NCBI GenBank assembly: GCA_000002445.1
Contig: AL929603.2
Span: 704,001-768,000, forward strand
Source: Trypanosoma brucei
Taxonomy: Eukaryota
Length of the DNA stretch: 64,000 nucleotides
Reading direction: 5' to 3'
Shown: piece after piece, positions 57,346-64,000 of the stretch
Layout of the letters: every line of letters begins with the position of its first letter
Numbering within the stretch: position 1 is the stretch's first letter
Notes under the pieces: model-generated
Seen by the model: only the letters and a program-made list of their open reading frames with translations
The model's database searches: none
What the model was told of the DNA's origin: nothing
Program-made: the position numbers and the translations under genes

Positions 57346-60300
57346 ATAGCGTGAGCGTAGAAATAGAAGTGTCTGCCTGTATTTTTCTTTGATTCACCGG
57401 TATGATATCAACACCACTCGTAGACGTGCAAAAAAAAAAAGTTAAATGTTTCTCTTGGTACATAACCAACAATAAAAACGAAAGATATTAAAAAAACACT
57501 TCAAGTTGTCTCCACTTTACCAGAGCTTGCCCCTTATACACAATATATAAAAAGAATACAGTTTACGCAAGCACGAATAATATCCACTGGATGATCTCTT
57601 TCTATTTGCTTTGTGCTTTCACAGTAAATTAGAGTTCATTTGGTCGCACGAACTCCAGTGGCTTCTATATCCCGTGGATAACATACGCGCAAAAACATTA
57701 TATCCGCAAATGTTTTGTCAGCAAAACAGGCCGAACCTGTAAAACTTTTCCACGATTGCTGTCCATACCACCCCCACGGCATATCAAACTATTCCAAATC
57801 CTTCATACGACCGTAGGGAAGTGCTTGCCAGACATATGGGCCGCAATATCTAGATCACCGTGACGAAGTTGCGAACGAAAATATTTTTCCGTCGTGGAAG
57901 CTGAGGTTTCAGCTTAGTTATTTGTATCAGCCGTGCCCTCACCAAATATACTAACTATCAGGTGTTGCCTACCATTCAACGTGAATTTTTAAAAAAAATA
58001 AACACTAAATATATATGCCTATATCACCTAAACAGTTTGTATTTGGTTTCCTTCAATTTATAGATTTTGTAAAATAAGTAACGAAGCTATGGAAATAAAG
58101 AACATAAATATAAAAATAAAGTTCGAGTCAAAAACATTAAAAACAAAAAGCATATTCATGCAACAGCCATAACTCAGTATGCCAACGGCTAGGTTCAGAA
58201 GCAACAAGCAAAGAAACAAAGTTTATTCTTCACACACTAAATAAGTCGAATTCCTCTCGTGTTGGACTGATAGGGAAATTGTAACCTGATTCTCGCAACT
58301 ACAGTTGTTTCACCGCATATATTCTTGTACGTACCGCTATCTTTCACTTACGGTGCTCTTACATATGGAACATATCCACCAGTGTGTATGCATGTGTTGC
58401 AGTTGTTGGAGACAATGGCACCCAATATTTGTTTCCTAAAGAGGGAAAACAAACATGCTTCACTCATTCCTACTAACCTCAAATATATGCATCTATATAA
58501 ATTTTCTCTACACGGCCCCAAACATAATATTGCAGACTCGAATGGATCATATACGAAGTTATAACCCATCAGCATCAGACTGTCGTCACTCGAGGGGGAA
58601 GTGTCCGGATATAATCAACTGTTAACCGCTGTTTCATGTGTTCTCTCTATTCCAGTTAAACGAAGAAGGACGCAAGTGCAGTGCAAACGGGTCACTCTTT
58701 AAAAAACGAAAATAAAGATTTCTTTTTTCGCTCCCCAACAAACAACTCAGTGGAACGCGTTAGTTAAACGATGGCCAGTTAGCACATGGCCGCCTATATA
58801 TTTATGATACCTTATGCGTGTGTTGCCTGACACTAAAATATCTCGGCACATCTAATTCAAATGCGGGTAGGTAGATGTCGTCACACGCACCGCAAAAAGG
58901 GAGAAATACCGACACTCGGTGATATCTGGCAAAATTCAAAAATCATTCAAACCTTCTATGAAAATCACAAATATATATATACCTAACTCCTTCGAGTGCA
59001 ATGCGGGTGTACGGAGTCGCAGTTCCCTATTCAGAGTGCTGTTGTTCTCAATTGAACAAAAATATGATAACTTAGAAACTCTCCGTTTCCTTTAAACAAA
59101 AACGTACCATAATATTTAGCTTTATGAGCATAGCAGAGAAAAAACTGCAGAAATGTTGCGACGTTATATCTGTTTCGCTGACTGAATAATTTCACCACTG
59201 CTCTGTAAATGTCTTCTTTTCTTTTTTCTTATCTCCTCTTTTTTCGAGCATATGTGGCTGCACACGTTTTATTTGCAGCTTCCACTGGATGGACTTCAGA
59301 AACAGCACTACTACTAGAAAATGTTAACCATTAATGCATAATCCATCACAAGAAAAAAATAAATATGGTCTCTAATAACCATAAACAATTAAGCAGTCAC
59401 CGCGACATTCCCGTTAGCAACAAAACACAAAAAAATTATCAACAGTAAAAGCTAAAAAGGGGGTGCTCGGGGAGGTCGGCTGCGCTACAAAGGGTCCGAT
59501 AACAGAGTTAACTTGATATAGGATAAATCATCGGCGTGTTTGACTAGGTTTTCCTTTTTTTTTTTGAATGCGTACCATTCGAGGTATCCAATATTATTAT
59601 TCGTGTTCCGGTAAATCGAGCATTCTGGCGCTCAACTGGCTAGTCTGTTCGAGCATACAATTTGAGTTCCTATCTTTCATTGGCAAATCACTACTGCCGC
59701 AACAAGGAACAAACCACATGTTAATGCGCTCGCGTCCAAATGGGGAAAAAACAAAGCAAAATGAATTGTATTCCTGTTGTCAACTGTATTTTGCTTTTAC
59801 TGAATATATATGCGTCCCCCTTCCTTTCTCTTTTCTTTTCTGCCCCTTTCTCCAGAATGGCAAACGCAACAGGGCACTACAACTTTCTTTTTAAAACGTA
59901 TGACCGGTAGTTCTCCCTCCCCCCCCCCGCTACCCTACGGTATAAGCCGCTGCTTTGCACTTCGACGCTTCAAAAAAAAAAAATGTCACGAAACTTTGTG
60001 CGTGCCACTCTTTCCTCGCCCCTGCAAATGGAACCAAGTGCTGCAGCCCTCAAATTTTTAAGGAGGAAAATGTAGAAATTTTTTCAAAAAAAGGAAAAGC
60101 AGGCCACACTGAGTTGTCCCACCTACCCTCCTTGTGTTCCCTCCCGCCCTCAGCACCACACACGGGTGAAACGAGAAGCCACCGAATTAATAATAATAAT
60201 AATAACCTTCCATAGTCTCACAGCTACACGAGCTCTTCCAATACTAAGGCACAGAAACCTCCAACGGACGAGACAGAGCCGAGCCGCGGAACGAGTGGAA

Positions 60301-63300
60301 AAAATCACATAACAGCCCTTTAGGCAAACCCATCCGCCAGCTCCTCCAGACAACCAGCATCCATGCACCTGGATGAAGTCTCTGACAATATCCGACAGCC
60401 AACGGATGATCCCGCTTCCCTTCATTTGAGCACGGCCGCGTTGTGAAGGAAAGTCGCGGCTCTCCGCTGTTTGGACCCATACTCTCCATCCCTCTGCAAG
60501 GGGGAGAAAGCGCCAGCGGCTCGATGGAATCCCGGAAAACATAACCGCTTTTGCTGCATCCTTCCCCACTCCCTTCTCCACACGCAGTGCCTCCGGGGCC
60601 CGGTAATGTGAAAACCAGGTCGAAGTATTCTAAACCCTATTCAAAAGCTTGTTTTAACACTTTTCCACTGCATTACCATGCTTTTCCAGCACCCGCTCAG
60701 TGAGACCCCTGCGATCCACGTATTTTCTCGCACAGCGAATCAGCCATGTTGCAGCACTGGATACACGCGCCACCTCGGTGCGCTGGGGAAGCCAGTGGCG
60801 TGATTGCGAATGACAACGCAACCACTCGCCTCTAACAGAAACAAGTTTGAGTGGGACTGACGATTAACTTCCGTCGGATGCGACATAAAGTGCACTGAGT
60901 CAGTGCGTTTACGATGCGATGCGCCATTACGCGTCACGCGAGGGGAGAGGCAACTGTACTCGGACGAGGGCTCCCCAGTGACGCCCGCTTTTTAGAAATG
61001 AGGAGGTTAAAGGGTGCATCGGGCGCGGAAATGCGGCGTTTCTTGTTGTTGTTGATTTTTTTCCTCTACCGATCCACCTGATCCGCCGAGGGAAAGTCGC
61101 ACCGGGCTTTGAGTTAGGAAGGAGGGGTAAAAACACGCAAGATCACGGGCGGAATTGCGGGTGAATGCGGTTCCGGCAGTATCGCCTCCACCACCCCCAA
61201 TAGAAGGGGGTTGTTGCAACACCTCTTCTTAAAGCGAATTGATAGGAAAGGGCGATGGCAGCGTCTACTGCTGGCGGCGCGCAACGGTGCGGAAAAAAAA
61301 GGACAGAAAATGCGCAAGGGTCGCTGCCAGCACCACCCCCGATTGGGGAACAATGGTGAGGGCGAAGAAAGGTACGGTGCTTGAGGAACTGGGTGCATTT
61401 CCGTGACGGCAACTCGCCGAAGAGAAAACAGGTGAGGATATCGATTAGGAAGGTGGGTGGGCGGCTTGACTTCGCTTTCTGCAGTCCAAAGAGCGTGAGA
61501 TCTCGATACAGTGGGTAGTCGTATTGACTTCGTAATACCAACCGGCGTTTTTTTGTTGAAAAAATGAGTATGTCTGCTTAAAATCAAAAAAATAGGAAAG
61601 TCAGGCTCCTTTTCCAAACTGAAAAGTCAACGGGGAAAGGGTTTGGTAGTACATCGGCATTTTTTTTTTCTAACTTTGTTGGACAGACGCTGGTTGTGGA
61701 TGGAGCTTCAAACGCAGATAAAACGTGAAGAAAATATCCGTCGATTGCCTCAGGCACAGGTGCACTCTGCACGCTGGCGAGTAGCGCCAATTCTGTTGAA
61801 CGTGTAAGCTACGACAAGTTCGACATCTGGTTATTCTCTTCGGGGGAGGGAACACTGGAGGAATACCGTTGCGTACACAGCCATGGAAAGGGGCAAATTA
61901 GTTAGTAAAGGTGATTGTTTTTAAGTCATTTTGAAGCTTATGAAATTCAGGGCACATGCGCCAATTTTTTCATGGCGAAGGAAAGTCGGCAAGGTAGTGT
62001 AAATTCGTCATCAGAAGGATTCACATGTTTCTGATGGAGCAGAAGCAGCGGCTCAACTACGGCGTAGCTGATATTATCCGAAGCCATCCCATAGTGTCAG
62101 TATTCTAAAAGGCTGTTACATGGGGAGGTCTTATTAAAGCCACTCTTTGCATGTCATCCGTATGAACTGAACTCAAAAAAGTCCACATACATTGGGTATT
62201 GTGCAAATATATATATATATATATATATGTTTGTATATACCGTACACCGAAAAGCAAAGAATGTCCCTACGAACCTAGCAACGGTACTAAAATGTGCTAT
62301 CAATATAAATATGATGAGCGGCTGATTGTCCGTTGTAAATAGAAAAGGGGGGGTCACAGAAGTAAAAGGGTCTCGCCACGCTAGCGACGTTGACGGTGCA
62401 TGAGGGGGCTGTTCTCGACTTAATGCTTTGGATGATTTACATACATGTCCTGACAGTGGCAAACTGGGAACTGGCTGAAAGAGGAACATATTGCATGCAA
62501 TGTTTACGTAATTGAAACATGAAAAATGGTATGTAAACGGGAGCCATCTACACCGAGTCCTGAGATAGAAAGCCCCTTTAGTCAATCGGGCACTTTCACC
62601 AGTGGTAAATGCATTTAGGTGCAAAGGTGAAATTAAATACGACATCGACTTGGCGAAAAGAAAAAGGCGAGACGATGGAGAATTAACGTGCAGATATTTG
62701 GCAACAAATCGATGGCTGATCCAACAAGCAATAGAGCCGCTATTCATCTGGTTCGGGATATTTTTAGTTTCAAAGCATTGAAACACGCGTACGTTTCAGT
62801 GTTCTGATAATACTGCAGTCTTCTAGAGTAAGTGCTACCGCTGGTTCCCTTAATGGGGGCACACCGGAGGCTACGTTTGTTTCACAAGAAGTCCTTCGAA
62901 ATTGAAAAAAGACAGAAAAAGAAGAAGCGTCTGTGGGGAACAACAAATACGGCGGGTGGAGTGAGGACTCTGCTGTACCGTGGAGGAGGAATTCTGTTGG
63001 TTACCGACTGCTTTCATTACCTTCCACATCTAATGCAGGTCGGGACGTGTTTCCCCTCGTCGCAGTGTCACCGCTTCTGACTTTTATAGTTATTCATTGC
63101 CAAATGTGACCACTCAGCTTCTTCCGTTTGTTGCGCCCGCCCCCCCTTCAAAGAGGACAGTACCTTCAAATATTTTGTTAACCTGCGCTTCCGGTGTTGC
63201 ATTCTTCCGAATGGGAAATGTTCACCTTTGTAAGCGTGGCATCGAATTTTACCACTACTAAGTGGTAACCAATGAAATCATCGCCAGGTGTTGCACTCCC

Positions 63301-64000
63301 AGAAGAAAAAAAGGTGTTTCCCCCCTTTTCGTATGTGCACATGAGTCTACGAAAGGTATGGTGCGTAAACAATTGAAAAAGAACATGCTGGATGTGGTGT
63401 GGTGCTCGTCAATTCGGGCGCTGGTTGTTTTTTTCGTATTCAGTTGGAAGAACGTGTGAATACATAATTTTACGGTCTCGAGAAACCTGTGAGGTAGCAA
63501 TGCTTTTTTTTAAAAAAATGAGGGAGGCGATGTTCCCTCAGACAGTAATATAGCCAACGAAAAACGAAAGCAATAATAACGATGGATGCATTCGTTTCGA
63601 ATGAGAGAAATGATGGATGATCGACCGCAAGTTCTTTAGCTCAAAAAGGGTGCTAACTTTTGGAATAAGCTGGTGTACTGCACAGCTTGCATTTGGCGAT
63701 GTTACCAGCAGCGTAAACAAGACTCAGAGTGTGATAACATAATACTTCACTGATAGAAAAGCGGCTCCAGTACAGAAGCTTTCATTTCGTTGTTTTTTCT
63801 GGGGGTGTGGGTCGCCTTTTTTTGCGATTGTTTGTCAGGAGGTTGGTTTATGTATGTAAGAAGATGTTGCGCGTCCCTAGAGAGAAAATGTTGTGTGGGA
63901 CATGGGCCTTCACCCTCTGGAAGGGATGGGGGAAGATGTCGCGTTGGAACTGCATTATGTAGGCGCATATTCTAAGAACATTGGAGCAGCAAGCGCGCCA

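Noticed and set aside
62154-62786. 210-aa minus-strand ORF in the upstream gene-free region
   Set aside because: Translation is hydrophobic low-complexity sequence and includes a (TA)n-encoded IYIYIY run. It is not protein-like.
1-64000. Non-standard genetic code (Blastocrithidia-like stop-codon reassignment) as an explanation for the ORF-free block
   Set aside because: Neighbouring genes have uninterrupted standard-code ORFs of up to 1592 aa, so the standard code applies. The block is non-coding by composition as well.

Overview
The window reads as nuclear DNA from a kinetoplastid, most likely a Trypanosoma brucei-group trypanosome. This is inferred from gene organisation and sequence style only; no database search was possible. 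Long intron-less ORFs of about 50-55% GC sit in same-strand head-to-tail arrays. Intergenic sequence is very AT-rich and low-complexity, with polypyrimidine tracts followed by AG just upstream of start codons, consistent with trans-splicing acceptors. A plus-strand array runs from 1 to about 21.5 kb: a 5'-truncated large helical-repeat protein, a 911-aa hypothetical, a Maf-like nucleotide pyrophosphatase, an EFR3-like protein, a myotubularin-FYVE phosphatase, a small hypothetical and a leucine-rich-repeat protein. It converges on a minus-strand array running from about 24.5 to 57.3 kb: a small coiled-coil ORF, a CZIB/DUF866 zinc-binding protein, a bromodomain-like protein, a UTP23-like PIN protein, a 791-aa hypothetical, a 363-aa hypothetical and a CEP164-like WW-domain coiled-coil protein. 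The convergent strand-switch region lies at about 21.5-24.5 kb and contains a GC-rich non-coding island. Two features stand out. First, a 16.6-kb block at 36.1-52.8 kb has no credible ORF and is built almost entirely of homopolymer tracts and microsatellites; it sits inside the minus-strand array. Second, at least 6.7 kb upstream of the CEP164-like gene (57.3-64.0 kb) is gene-free and contains another GC-rich non-coding island; this is a candidate transcription start region. No tRNA, rRNA, CRISPR or obvious retroelement was recognised. All protein calls rest on motif-level recollection of family signatures, not on searches.
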